A stretch of 63,127 bases of DNA, the filler included, from Collodictyon triciliatum (lineage: Eukaryota), in the NCBI GenBank assembly GCA_043381765.1. It is 45 parts of 45 records of this genome, joined end to end, with 100 filler letters (N's around TTAATTAATTAA, not from the genome) between each part and the next. Parts side by side here need not be neighbours in the genome. Positions count along the whole stretch, not along the records: positions 22,570 to 23,876 come from JBHJMP010011476.1; positions 23,977 to 25,282 come from JBHJMP010011477.1; positions 25,383 to 26,688 come from JBHJMP010011478.1; positions 26,789 to 28,094 come from JBHJMP010011479.1; positions 28,195 to 29,500 come from JBHJMP010011480.1; positions 29,601 to 30,905 come from JBHJMP010011481.1; positions 31,006 to 32,311 come from JBHJMP010011482.1; positions 32,412 to 33,713 come from JBHJMP010011483.1; 37 more parts are not named here. One strand, 5' to 3'. Under the pieces are notes generated by a model. It was not told the origin of the DNA and ran no database searches. It saw nothing but the letters and a program-made list of their open reading frames with translations. Each line of letters opens with the position of its first letter. The first letter of the stretch is position 1. A program made the translations under genes and the position numbers. Below are positions 23,768-38,027 of this stretch, piece by piece.

Positions 23768-24811
23768 GTAAGAGCCTCGATCGTATGCCCTTCTTTTGTG
23801 AAAAAAAAAAAAAAAAAAAAAAAAAAAACACCAAAACCAAAAAAAACCAAACAAAAACACAAACCACAAACAACACNNNNNNNNNNNNNNNNNNNNNNNN
23901 NNNNNNNNNNNNNNNNNNNNTTAATTAATTAANNNNNNNNNNNNNNNNNNNNNNNNNNNNNNNNNNNNNNNNNNNNAAAACCAAAAAAACCAAAAAAACC
24001 AAAAAAACCAAAAAAACCAAAAAAACCAAAAAAACCAAAAAAACCAAAAAAACCAAAAAAACCAAAAAAACCAAAACGAAAAACAAAAAACGAAAAACAA
24101 AAAACGAAAAACAAAAAACGAAAACAAAAGACAGAAAATTCACAAGCAAAATTAAGTCCTTTCAGGAGTGGCACATTTTGGCATGCGATATAGTCATGTT
24201 TATGTTCCTTTTGTTCACGCTCGTGGAAAGACAGCTTTGGCATTTTATCAGCAGATATCGATACTATCAGCCCTTATAAGTAACGCACTTCATACTTATA
24301 GACATATATTCGATAAGATATAATGCTCTCGGACCCAAGTCGTAGTGCTTCTTTATTAAGCATTTCTGGGGTACTTCAGACTTTGTATATTTGGTCAGCC
24401 CCTCCTGTATTGGGTCAATTTTCAATGTTATGCTCTTCATTTGACAAACTTACATCCAGAAGAGATATAGCAATATAGAGGCATAAGGGATTCGAAATCC
24501 TTTACCACAATCACATTCCTCCAATATTAATTGAATATTTTTTCCACCACAACATATCGATAAATATTTCACAAAAAGAAAGCAGATAGCAATATGATAC
24601 ATCGTCGAAGACCTCAAAATACCTCCTGAAAATATGTCAGATATACGAGGATACTTGAAGTCAATAAAGAAATTTTTTAACTTTTGAAAGCAGCTGTGCT
24701 TGGCAGGCAAACAATTTAATAGAATAAAAATACATTAACAGATTTGTAATATCTATTTATAATGGATTCAACTAACAGAGATATCAAAGACGGATATGAA
24801 ATTATTGCCAA

Positions 24812-25282
24812 ATATTTCCTTTTATTCAATTCAAAGTGTAGCGAGGTTATGCCACACAAAGGGGCGGGATGGAGCGCATGGGAGAGAGCAAACGCGAGTA
24901 AGGGAAGACACTACCATGGAGAGGTAGCACTGGAAAGAAGTCAGTGATAGCGAGTTGGTCAGGTGGGCGTCCCAACTCGTTGATTGGTTGCGTGGGTAGC
25001 AGGGGTTGGGTATGATGTGGGAGATATCGCACGACGCATTCCCACATCTCTCTTTGCTTGCGGTCAGAGTAGCGAAGAATGCGAGCGTGTTTCAGCAGGC
25101 TGTTCAGGAAGCTGTATTGCACGAGGCTTTCAAGCCTGGATACATTGATTTCTCGTTCGGGTGAATCATTGGAGCGAGAGAATGCACGCACACTCCATAA
25201 AACACAGCATATGTCCCCTTGCGACTGTCCAGAGTATTCTAGAGTCGTGGGTCATTTGGTATTGTGCGCCAAACAGGATGTC
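24812..25282 (-). mobile_element. LINE family A 3' end
   Basis: Overlaps the 32200-32311 copy (DSRILWTV). Ends ggcataacctcgctacactttgaattgaataaaaggaaa. Confidence 0.88.
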
Positions 25283-26064
25283 NNNNNNNNNNNNNNNNNN
25301 NNNNNNNNNNNNNNNNNNNNNNNNNNTTAATTAATTAANNNNNNNNNNNNNNNNNNNNNNNNNNNNNNNNNNNNNNNNNNNNTTAGGTGGGGTCAAATTA
25401 GGTACGAGAAGCAAAGTTTCACGGGGTTATGATATATAGAGTCGGTGTTGGAAACCTACGTTACTCGCCAAGTGGTCATCCCCAACAGACGATGGCGTTG
25501 CTCTTGTAGTGGATGAGTTTGCTTGAGCGGCCGGTTGCCCCTGATATGGCAAGCTGAGCTTTCTTCGAGGCGTCATTACAGTTTCTGATTCAAAAAAAAG
25601 TGTAATGAGCAAAAGGGTTTGAGGAATGACGCGAAGATTGATTATCTTTCAATTTCATTATACCGCATTTTTTTTTTTTGTTATAACAAGGGTATACTTG
25701 TTCTGGGAGTAGTACTCGATGTTTGGGTGGGTGTATTTGCTTCACTGTCAAGTTGTAGTGATAATGGTCGCTAGGAAATCAATATAGCATCAGTTTTAAG
25801 AATTGATTCATTATGAATCATATATGATGCGCACATATTATATTTTAAACCCTTAATCTTATTTCTTTCTCTCTCCCCCTTTTTTCTTCCCTCTTTTTTT
25901 TTTTTATAAAAAAAAAAGGAAAGAAATCCACAGAGTAAGCTGAATTTTAAATCTACCTGGCGAGGAGTGCTTGTAGAGTACCTCCTCCGGGCAGAGCTAG
26001 AGCCGTCATAATCTCTGGTAGGCGGAGGATGAGGGGAAGCAGGAGACGGCAGGTCCTAAACCCA

Positions 26065-26104
<40 letters not shown>

Positions 26105-28348
26105 AAATAAATAAATGCCATGAACATATCGCACTATGTTTGAGTATATATGACCAGACGTATCAGGCGAAATTCCTACCTGAATAACCAGTTTGTAAAA
26201 GTTTAGCCTAGAGGGGATTGGCTTCACCTCCTCCTGAGTGGGTTTTGGAGGTGCGTGGTTGCTGGACGACTTTCTCTTTTCGTGGATGACAGGTAATTTC
26301 TCGTGACTCTTCTCGGTACTTTTCTCACTCACTATGCTATCGTAGTCAAAACTTGATGAGGAAACTGGAGATGGCAGTGGATTCGAAAGCTGCTCAAGTC
26401 TTGGGGAGTGGTTGAACGACGTTGATTTCCTCGAACTGAGAAGTGAGTCGATTGCTGGCATAGACTAATGTCAAGTATAATTATTATTTAAAATTTAGTT
26501 GACTTTAAGCATTTAGTGTTAATTTATTGAATTTATCTTTGAAAAATAAATCATTCATACAGAGTATCTTTTCTCCCTTCTCAGTTTGTCGTGAAGTAGC
26601 CAATAGGTGGCGGTGGCCTGATGGAATTGTACAAAAATAAGACATAATTTTGGATATATTTTTATAAATAAAGAAATGATATTTGATTNNNNNNNNNNNN
26701 NNNNNNNNNNNNNNNNNNNNNNNNNNNNNNNNTTAATTAATTAANNNNNNNNNNNNNNNNNNNNNNNNNNNNNNNNNNNNNNNNNNNNAGAAAAAGGAAA
26801 AGGAAAAGGAAAAGGAAAAGGAAAAGAAAAAGGAAAAGAAAAAGAAAAAGAAAAAGGAAAAGAAAAAGGAAAAGAAAAAGGAAAAGAAAAAGGAAAAGAA
26901 AAAGGAAAAGAAAAAGAAAAAGGAAAAGGAAAAGGAAAAGAAAAAGAAAAAGGAAAAGAAAAAGGAAAAGAAAAAGGAAAAGAAAAAGGAAAAGAAAAAG
27001 GAAAAGCATTAGGGCATTTCCTAGGACATCGTTTATCAGAATATTATGGGGCTAAGTATATTCGAATCTTGCTTTATTACTTGAGTTCTCTCTCTTCTTC
27101 GCTGAGCAAACGGTCTTGCCCAGTTACTATCCCATATTTCCTCCTTAGTTCCGCCTCCTTTATGAATAAAATTGTTAGAAATTTGAAAGGAGGCTCTTAA
27201 AGAAATTGGTCTGAGTAAATGTCTTGATACCAGAATGATACTCCTTTCGAGAATAATACATAATATAAGAAAAAAACGAGACGAAAAAGAGCCATATATT
27301 TGATCTATACCAATAGACTATGTGCATCAGACTCATCACCAGTCCCAAAATACTCGTCTTGTACTTGGCTATAGCCTGCAACTCAACCAAGATATAAATC
27401 AAAGCGATGCGATAATTATTATTATTATTTTTAAAAAAAGTCTAAAGTACCAGGCATAACAGGGTTTGTAAGTTTTCATGCAGTTAAAGAAAAAATATGT
27501 GATGCATATTATAATTGACTTATTAACAACCTGGGTCAGGATTCGACAGCGTCGCTTCAACAGGTTTATTTCTTTTCGGTGACTTCTCCATGTCACTTAA
27601 AGCAACGACGGTATCCTAGAGTCGTGATAAAATGAAAAAGGATGAAAAAGGAGAATAAATTTATTCTGCGTGGTCTGTGCTTTATATTCATAGATAAATC
27701 ATATGAATTAGTTAAAATATAAATAAAGTCAAGACCTCTAATAGGTCTTCCAACAGTAAATGGGTAATCCTGGTAATGTTGCGCTCTACATTTCGTCGAT
27801 AATCTGATTGCGCTTTCGTGAAAACTTTTTCGGGTACCTGCTCCGTAATAAAAGAAATTTTAGGGCGCAACGATGCTTTCTTTTCAAAAGGAGGAATACT
27901 GGTAATTAAAGAAAAAAAATATAACACCCTTCTAAAATAAATCAATAAAATTCCTTAAAAAATAAAAGAAAGACAAGAAAGACAAGAAAGACAAGAAAGA
28001 CATAAAAGACATAAAAGACATAAAAGACATAAAAGACATAAAAGACATAAAAGACATAAAAGACATAAAAGACATAAAAGACATAAAAGACATANNNNNN
28101 NNNNNNNNNNNNNNNNNNNNNNNNNNNNNNNNNNNNNNTTAATTAATTAANNNNNNNNNNNNNNNNNNNNNNNNNNNNNNNNNNNNNNNNNNNNTGTTTT
28201 TTTGTTTTTTTGTTTTTTTGTTTTTTTGTTTTTTTGTTTTTTTCGTTTTTTTCGTTTTTTTTTTTTTCGTTTTTTTGTTTTTTCGTTTTTTTTTTTTTAA
28301 TTCGTATAAGAGAAAAAGATTTTGGATGAGCTGTTAAGATTACAACAG

Positions 28349-29232
28349 TCTTGCAGTTTGCTTATGTCACATGCTTTGCCACGGCCGCACCGGCAGCAGC
28401 TTTCTTTGCTTTGGCAAACAACCTAGTTGAGTGGCACGGAGACGCCTTTAAGCTGTTATTTATTCACCAGGTTTGATATGTGGTTACTTAAGTTCGGAAA
28501 TGAAAGAAATAATTACTGTTCCAAGAACGTTCTTTCTCTTCATTAAATAGCTATTCTTTTTCCTATTCCTTTTCGAATTGAAGCGACCGAATCCAAGCCG
28601 AGCTGCTGGAATCGGTGAGTATTCCCCAAAATACAAATATTTTGTGCTAATCATGATGTCTATTCCGAAATTGAAGCGGTTGATGCGTCTTTGTATCTAG
28701 GTATTTGGCTTCAAACACTGGAATTTTTTAGCTACATAGCCGTCATCACAAACTGTGGAATTTGCTACTATACGTCCCCACAACTGTCGATCCTTTTTCC
28801 AAGCCTGAGCAAAGAGAGCGTATTTCTGATAGTCCTTCTCGTCGAGGTCTTTATTCTCAAAGAAAATATCGAAAGTGAACAACATTCTTAATTCGCTTTA
28901 CTCTTCTCATACTCCCAGCACCTTCTCATCGCATTTAAGTCTGTCCTTGCCATCGCAATACCCGATGTACCAGACTGGATTTCTAACGAGCTCAAGCGTC
29001 GCGAATTCCTTGCGAAGAAGCGTAATGAGGATGAAAAAATGGTTCGGCTTTCTATCCTCACTTCTCGCTCTGCCTCTTTCGGTTTATATTTCCCGTCTCA
29101 TAAATCTCAATTCATCATCAGCAACGCGTTGGAAGCTCACAGTCCTTCAGCGAAAGAGCGAATGCAAGTGCCCCCACAGGAGTAAACAAGGCCGCAAAAG
29201 CTTTTCTGACTCAACGCAAAGCCAAGCAATAA
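28349..29232 (+). CDS. Anoctamin/TMEM16-family 3' exons
   Basis: LQFAYVTCFA..FALANNLVEWHGDAFKL..|RPNPSRAAGIG|IWL..IAVITNC..|HLLIAFK..IPDVPDWI; TAA at 29230. Confidence 0.92.
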
Positions 29233-29627
29233 AAGAATATTTACTTTTTCTCTTTTTTTTTTCTCTTTTTTCTCTTTTTTCTCTTTTTTCTCTTTTTTCT
29301 CTTTTTTCTCTTTTTCTTTTTTTCTTTCTAGGCATGGGTGGCAGAATTGCACTACATGCAGAAGTCATCTGTGTTGTAGTTTCAACAATACCTCACTCAG
29401 TAGATTGTTGGGTTGTGATGTACTTAATTCTGGCTCTGGGTCTCTGATGCACGCAGGACGGTGGCGATTGTTGTAAAAATAATCATATGCTGCTGTCACG
29501 NNNNNNNNNNNNNNNNNNNNNNNNNNNNNNNNNNNNNNNNNNNNTTAATTAATTAANNNNNNNNNNNNNNNNNNNNNNNNNNNNNNNNNNNNNNNNNNNN
29601 TTTTTTTTTTTTTTTTTTTTTTTTTTT

Positions 29628-29700
<73 letters not shown>

Positions 29701-31872
29701 TTTTTTTTTTTTTTTTTTTTTGGTCTTTTATGTCTCCTTTTTTAAAATATATATGTATAGCAACTGGGAATGAATTCGCGAAGGTAGAATATAAAAGGGA
29801 GCGATTTGATGAACCTGAGTATCCAGAAGTGCAAAGGGTAGCACAAACTAGCAGCGAGAGCACAACGATCGAGTGGCGTGCTTTTCGATCAATCATTGAA
29901 GCGCTGGGTTCTTGACAATCCCTAATGTTAAAGCTGGCTCGGTTATATGATGAACATAATCACTCAACCTGTCTCTGGGGCTCACTGGCTATGTTTATTG
30001 CGTTCGCATTCAATGGGTTTATTATTTTCAAGTGACTTTTTTTTTTTATTCGTTCTTTCAGCCAGCGCTTAATCGTGCTTCTGTCACATCTGTTTCTATT
30101 TGGCTCTAGGTGAAGAAAAATAAATTCCTGACCAGTTTTAAATTTGCCGCCGCCATACAGTGGCTTTTCGTGCTGAGTGGTTGGCAAACTATCTGCCTCC
30201 ACCCGCCCGGACCGGATAATATTGGTTTTTGTCCCTTCTGAAAGGAAAAATAACCAACTCAGCAAAGTGAGTGATTAAAATCAAACCATCAACAGCCTCT
30301 TTACCCCAATCTTTTCTTTCGTTTTTATCTTTTGGTTTTCTGTATTCATCTTTTGATTTTCGTCTCACGTCCTTTTTATTTAAGTGACGGAAGAAGAAAA
30401 AATACATGTTTGGCGCTATTTGCTTCCCTTTCTGCTGCAATAATTCTCTATGAAGTATTGGTTCCATATTTGTATTATAATCTATTTGTGGATTTTATAC
30501 ATAATTATCCACTTTGGGTCATTTCTTTGCTGCAATATCAAATATAATGCATATTATCTAATAATTTATAGCTATGTTACGCTACATCTTTTGTACTGCT
30601 GACCTCTTACGTCTTCCATCGAAGGAGAAACTTACTTGTGGCTGGTCGGCAGAAGCAAACAGAGACCATCAGCTTTGACCAGAGTCGGACTTGAGCTTCT
30701 TTGATCGCCACCAACAAGCCCACACCAGCGACCATGAGCCAGACTCTGATATCATGAACGCCTTACAGAGTGATACTTTGACTGCAGAATGCTGGCCACC
30801 CACCTTATCAGACGCACCGCCCCTTTCGCTGTTTACGCCTTGAATCGCCCGACAATACGCAGCGCTGGCATCCCGTCGTTTCTGATGCCTTCTGTGGTGG
30901 GCATCNNNNNNNNNNNNNNNNNNNNNNNNNNNNNNNNNNNNNNNNNNNNTTAATTAATTAANNNNNNNNNNNNNNNNNNNNNNNNNNNNNNNNNNNNNNN
31001 NNNNNAAGAAAAGAAAAAAAGAAAAGAAAAAAAGAAAAGAAAAAAAGAAAAGAAAAAAAGAAAAGAAAAAAAGAAAAGAAAAAGAAAAGAAAAAAGAAAA
31101 GAAAAAAGAAAAGAAAAGAAAAGAAAAAAAGAAAAGAAAAAAGAAAAGAAAAAAGAAAAGAAAAAAGAAAAGAAAAAAGAAAAGAATTAAAGAATTAAAG
31201 AATCAAAGAATTAAAGAATTAAAGAATTAAAGAATTAAAGAATTAAAGAATCAAAGAATTAAAGAATTAAAGAATAAAAGAATAAAAGAATAAAAGAATA
31301 AAAGAATAAAAGAATAAAAGAATAAAAGAATAAAAGAATAAAAGAATAAAAGAAAAGAAGAAAAGCAGCCAAAAGGGATGGATTACGTGTTTATCAGAAA
31401 CTGTATTACAGCGAAGCTCTAACTAATTATATTTTCGGATAATAGAATTGTCTACGAGCGAAACAAAGATGCTCTTAAAATATTCCTGAAAAAAAAAATA
31501 AAAACATCTAACAAATTCTTGCATCCATTACCTTACAAGATAGGATATAGCGAGCATAATGAAGTCTTTGGACAAACGCGTATACATACTCCCCCCACGG
31601 TTTCAACCCTAGTCCTAGAAGCGCTGAATCGTCTTCCTTTGTAAATTCGAATAAATGATTAACTTGTGAGCACACTGTGTATCATATCAGAGTTCTTCGA
31701 TTCTTCACAAAGCTCCTATTTTTTTTTTAATTGCGTGCCCAGCCTTGTCATTCAAATACGGAGACAGTTGCTCGATTTTCTCTAATTTTTATTAACATCG
31801 GCGTATTATTTCGCGTTTTGGTCAGTGCACCGCGTGCTTTCCAGAAGGTTTATCAGCCTAAAATTGCTGTTA

Positions 31873-32311
31873 AAATCTTACAAACCGAAGAAGATGAGTC
31901 GTTGGGCCGAAACTATAGGCCTTATAGACCTGCCGATAGTCAAAAGCTGGAAGCAAGTCCGTATACCTCAGCTACTCCCGAAGCACCGCGCCCTACTTCT
32001 CAATATCTCCAACAAAGAGCTGTGGATAGGTGCGCGCGTAGTTCATGCAGCAACGACCTCTCCAGAATGCACCATGTGCCATAGTGGAGATGATTCTATC
32101 GAACACACATTTGTGAAGTGCTCTCTTGCTCAAAAATTGACAGAATCGGCCCACAAGATGCTCTCTGAGCTTGATTATGCTCCCAACCGTCTCAGCGCGT
32201 CTGACATCCTGTTTGGCCCACAATACCAAATGACCCACGACTCTAGAATACTCTGGACAGTCACAAGGGAACATATGCTGTGGTCTTTATGGGGTGTGCG
32301 TGCATTCTCTC
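31873..32311 (+). mobile_element. LINE family A ORF2 zf-RVT (CCHC) fragment
   Basis: CTMCHSGDDSIEHTFVKC; overlaps the 52930-53013 copy. Confidence 0.88.
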
Positions 32312-35300
32312 NNNNNNNNNNNNNNNNNNNNNNNNNNNNNNNNNNNNNNNNNNNNTTAATTAATTAANNNNNNNNNNNNNNNNNNNNNNNNNNNNNNNNN
32401 NNNNNNNNNNNAGTCATTTACCGAGTACAGTGCAGAGTCATCAATGAAGAGGCTCGATGCCAAACACAAGATAAACATCAAGTTTTTAGAATGTAAACTA
32501 GAGCTTTAAAAGCAAAATCGATATCAAACGAATAAATAATTTTTCGAATAATTTTGATTCCATTATCCTTGAACTTCAATATATACTCAAAAGAGGACAT
32601 GATTACTTTTTTATCTGCTTGGTTAATCTATTATTGATGCTTTGAGTTTATTGGCCGATTGATAGACGCTGCAATATTCGGCCGCAGCGATGAGCAACCG
32701 TTTCACAAAGAAGCACACCATAATCCTAGCAACTGGAAATATCGGCACATCTCCGTATTCAGTCGACGTCATAAGCTGCGAAAGGTGGCGAGAAATAGGC
32801 ACTTATGCATCGGAGATTGCGCTCCGAGACAAGAAGAACGATAAAAATAAAATATTTATCCTGTATGAAAGGTATAAGAAAACAGAAAAATTGTATTCTC
32901 TTACACATCAATGATGAATTATGTGCGGCAGATTGAATTTTGGACGATGTACTTTTCCCACTTTCATGGTAGAGAGAACCTTTGCATGATGAACCATGGC
33001 CATGCAAACAACATGCGGATGAGGCTGGGAAATATCATCTAATCCAGTGCTTAGAAAAAATCGAATTGGCTCGATGGAATCAAAGAGGCGTCTTGGATAG
33101 ATATAGTTGCGGAGCATCTGACAAAACAGTTGGGCACTTGAAGATGAATAAATCTCGACAGTTCAATTAAGCTTCCGGTTCTGATTGTAACATATAAATA
33201 TATATTTATATTGGTAACAACTGCAGACTTACTTTGATTTTTAGAAGGTTCTGACGGCGATGGCGCTGTATGGGTCGGGCGTGTATCCTTACTCGGCGTG
33301 TATGCCACTTTTATTTGAGCAAGAAAGATGATTTCATTCTTTTCCTGGTTGTTTTTTAACTCATTTACACACAAAGCACCCAAATAATGGTTTTGAAGCT
33401 CTGTTTTTTCTTGTGCAAACGAGAATATGTATATCTCTTCATGCGCTTTATTTAAAGGTAGGTTGTGTTCAGTGCCCCTTTGGTTTTGCACAAAAACCAC
33501 ACGAATAGCAACCAAGCCGAGCTCAGGTGCGGTGAGCGCAAGCGAAACGCACAAGAGCGAGGTGCCTCGAGTTGACGACGAAAATGTGGTCTACGAGCAC
33601 TACCGGACGCGGCCGGTGGAGCGAGCAGCGGGACTGCAGGAGAAGGGACTCTACCCGGCCGGCTGCGTGGTGCGCCTGGTGGGCGAGTACACTGAGACAC
33701 TGACGCACGCCACNNNNNNNNNNNNNNNNNNNNNNNNNNNNNNNNNNNNNNNNNNNNTTAATTAATTAANNNNNNNNNNNNNNNNNNNNNNNNNNNNNNN
33801 NNNNNNNNNNNNNAAAAGCAAAAGCAAAAGCAAAAGCAAAAGACGAGCGAAGTAATTAAAACTTACCTCTAATTTTACCACGGTTCCTAAATTTTATTTT
33901 TGCGAGTTATATGTTCAGATGGTGATTTTTTTTCCCGAGATAATGTATTCTTAAGTTCTTGGTTGTTTCAGGCACGCCAATTTACTTACTTTCATCATGT
34001 CACATGCATTGGGTAACTCAAATATACTGTTATTGAACAAAATCGTACCATTGACAAATATCTGAATCTTGTAGTCATCAACAATTTGTAAGGTTGTTTT
34101 GAGTCCGGAGACTCCTACCGGTCGATGGTCGTAAATCTAGGGCATCAAATTAGCACGGTTTGTATAGTTTTGGTCATTAAAATGATTTGGAAGAGGAGAT
34201 ACTCGCCGCTTATAGTGGAATTATTAAAGGAATATCCATATAATGAGCAATCACTGGAATGTACGATCAATGAATGAATGAATGAATCAATCAATCATCT
34301 AATATATGTCTCGACCTTGAAAAAGAGACTCTCATGAACCCTCTGATATGCCATGGATAGGACTACACTTTGGTTCTATCAAAATAGAACGGTGAATGAA
34401 AGCTATTTGCACATATTTGAATGCTATTCACATTTTCGTAAAGCACATACCAGCTTAGTTGAAATGGGCAACTCGAATCTAAAAACAGATGAGAAATGCT
34501 CGATTACGTTCGTTGGTACCATGTTATACGCAGCGAGAGACTATTAAATAGTTGCAAATCAATCAATCTTCATTCAACAAGCACTTCGATGGACCAATTT
34601 AGTATGTAATCCTTTGTGTGATGTTGTATTTTCACTGTAAGCAGCACACATGAATGTGTTGATATATTCAAATGTCACATCGGTCGTGGTGATGTTCAGG
34701 AAATCAGGTTGAACTGGGTCCTTAAACAACAGTGGGTCCGATTCGATGATGCGCTCCTCGATCTTGGATAATTACAATTTCCTTGTTAATCAGTTGAAGT
34801 ATGAACACCGTACAATGCTACTTGCATAATACTGATACTATGGAGAGGTTCAGTTTAAAATCAGAAAAGAGTAAATAACAAAAGCTGAAATGATATATTA
34901 ATTTGGTCATCCTAACATTTATCCACAAAGTGTTATCTGAGTCATCTTCAGACGAGCTTGATGAACTCCTTTTCGATTAATCTTTTTAACGATAATTTTT
35001 CATATTGCGCAAATTGAAATAACGAGTTAAGAACAAGAACAAGAACAAGAACAAGAACAAGAACAAGAACAAGAACAAGAAAAAAAACAATAAAAAAACA
35101 ATAAAAAACAATAAAAANNNNNNNNNNNNNNNNNNNNNNNNNNNNNNNNNNNNNNNNNNNNTTAATTAATTAANNNNNNNNNNNNNNNNNNNNNNNNNNN
35201 NNNNNNNNNNNNNNNNNGGTATCTATTGAGATTCAAAACATTGAGCAACTTGTAAACCAACTGTGGTAAAGCAATAACAGTAGAATTCATTTTATCTATA

Positions 35301-35361
35301 TGACTATCACTTAAGTACACTTTTTTTTTGAATAAATTAACTAGCAATATCAATTGCCTAG

Positions 35362-36259
35362 GAAGTCGACCGTTTTGAAGATTACAGGGCTGCTTTAAGT
35401 GCACACGGGTTTGCTGGGATTTACGAGAGCAAAGAAAGGCGCGCCACAGTCAAAGATGGTTGCGCACTTTTTTACAAAACCGACAAGTTAGTTTCTTCTC
35501 TATGAGTACATATAAAGCACTTTAGGTATCTTAAATCTTTTTAAAGAGGCATATATCTATCAGAAAATTGAAGGAATTACAGTCCACTATTACCACAAAA
35601 CATAATTGATGGCCATATATAGGGTCACGCTTTTGTGGAATCAGCGACTTGTTCTTAGGAGTGAATCCTTGGAGATACCCAACATGCCCCAGGTTTATTC
35701 TCTGTCTTTTCTTTTGTATATTTGTGAATGTCATTAATTGGGTAGATAGAAAGACGTCATTAACTTAAATTTACAGACGATTCAGCTGAAATAGTTGCTT
35801 TCTATCTGTGAAAAATGATACAGGCGTCCATTATCTCCAAGTTTCAAGTACTGGGAGAAAACAGAGAGCCTATTATTGGGTCTGAGTTTGTTGTTGCTGT
35901 TGGACATTTAAAAGCTGGGATAGAGTTTGGGTCTACTAGAGTTGCACAAGGCAGAGTATTACTCAGGGCTCTGGAAAACGAATTAGCGAAAGACCCGAGT
36001 TAGTTTTCCTCCATCTTTTTTTCTTTTGTATTTGTTTGAATTACAATTCAATGGGACAAAAATCTAATTATCTTAACATATGAATTTCCATGACACATTT
36101 ATCCGTGTTTTACTAGCCACTCCTATAATCATTCTTGGAGACATGAATTCTGACCCTCGGTCGGATGTATACAACCAATTCATCGATTTCCACAATGGAC
36201 TGAAAAGTGCTTACTCTTTATACCGCGCAGAAGGGGAGCCCGAGTACACCACTGCGAAG
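35362..36259 (+). CDS. Nocturnin/CCR4-like EEP hydrolase, spliced fragment
   Basis: EVDRF..DGCALFYK; VAVGHLKA..RVAQG; IILGDMNSDP..LKSAY..EPEYTTAK. Confidence 0.85.
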
Positions 36260-36777
36260 GTGAGTTTAGGACTTCAGTAATGTTACAATCTTACTCATTT
36301 CTCACCGGAACCTTAAGCCCCTACATTAGAAGCTTGTTTATGCCATATTTCATTCGTCTTTTCCATCAAAACGCCTTCATTTTATGATTATCACATCGAA
36401 TTGATTTGTGCCTGTGATGCCAATACTCTAATTGATGTTTATCATTTTACTATTGCATTTGATCTCTGGTGACAAAAAATTCAAAAAATTAAGACAATAA
36501 GTAACATAGCAGTGAAATTGGNNNNNNNNNNNNNNNNNNNNNNNNNNNNNNNNNNNNNNNNNNNNTTAATTAATTAANNNNNNNNNNNNNNNNNNNNNNN
36601 NNNNNNNNNNNNNNNNNNNNNCATCAGCCCAAATACGTCATTTCCTTTCCTTTCCTTTTCTTTTCTTTTTTATGACCATAAAATCGACGTATCAAAATAA
36701 ATCTACATCATCTAAAAGGATAAGTTGAAAAATGTATGTCTAAATGCTAAAGAGTGAATAATATAGGAAAAAATACC

Positions 36778-37144
36778 TCCTATTTGCACAAAGTCTCCTG
36801 CGCTTCTATTCTCAACCACCAGGCTTTTCTGTTTCCGTATATCCGTGATTGCCGAGAGCGAAGCAGGCTTTTGCAAGTGCGTCGGGGAATGCGCTTTTGA
36901 GCACCGATTGCTTGAGCAAGTCTGCAATCTCCTTTGAGCGCTGCGTCATCTCCTGAGACTCGCGTGCTTTCTTCTTTTTCAATTCTTCTAGCCTTTGCAG
37001 CCTCTGAGGCGACACGGATGAGTACGAATCGCGGCTTTCCAATAAGGTGTACGACTGGTCAGCTTCAGAGCCAATGATGTATGCAATCGTGTGAACTGCA
37101 ACGCAATCAGGACAAATCAACCAATCAATCAACCAATCAATCAA

Positions 37145-37187
<43 letters not shown>

Positions 37188-37925
37188 GTAAATCAATCAA
37201 TCAATCAATATATCATAATAATATTTTCATTTTGCATCATCGTGCCGTGATGATTTCCATTCAGATGTGTTTTCCGTCACATTAAGCGAGTTAAAGTTAC
37301 CTTTTGCGGGCCCAGTGATGGAGTCAGACCCGGGCGAATCTTTCAGCACACGATTGGCAACGGGACTCGATGGAGTTGAGTGACTGAAGTCTTGGCGGGC
37401 GAGCGACTGCGAAGGAGTATTCGGCTGTGATGGTATCACACGAGCGCTTTGCATGGGCGTGTATTCGCTGGTATGACTCATCACTGGTGTGATAAGTCTG
37501 TGCGCCTCGGAAAAGCGAGGAGTTTGGCTCACAAAGACAGGCGATGTTTGAGCGTAGAATACGCGCGGATGAGTGGGATGGTTTTGTGGAGTTGGTGTGG
37601 TGGGGATGGGTTGATGTTGATTTTGTGTTTGAGGTGGATTGTGAGTGAATGTTTGTGTTTGTGTTTGTGTTTGTGTTTGTGTTTGTGTTTGTGTTTGTGT
37701 TTGTGTTTGAAGTAGATTGTAGCTTTGGTACTGCGTAAGGATTTGTGTTGAGGGAGATGGAGACTGATATGGGATTGCAATCGGAGAGACGGAAGGCAGG
37801 CGCATCGGTGGAGTGTTTGGGGTTTGGGTGGTGGATATGGGATATGGAAAGGTGGTTGTTTCGTGCAGGGTGGCTTTGCGAGTTGCGGAGGTGATTCGGA
37901 GGCCCTTTGAAGAGCCCGGGCGGAT
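36778..37925 (-). CDS. Unidentified spliced gene fragment with S/P/T/Q-rich exon containing (QT)n
   Basis: Long open frame to ~37280 with a donor site, followed by charged helical exons. No family recognised. Confidence 0.5.
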
Positions 37926-38027
37926 NNNNNNNNNNNNNNNNNNNNNNNNNNNNNNNNNNNNNNNNNNNNTTAATTAATTAANNNNNNNNNNNNNNNNNNN
38001 NNNNNNNNNNNNNNNNNNNNNNNNNCT

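Noticed and set aside
33520-33713. GC-rich open frame at the contig end
   Set aside because: Probably coding, but too short and no motif recognised.
36778-36900. In-frame TGA/TAG suggesting stop-codon reassignment
   Set aside because: A ~37-nt GT-AG intron (gtgctc..caaaag) removes the conflict. Other genes end in TAA, TAG or TGA, and long ORFs lack internal stops.
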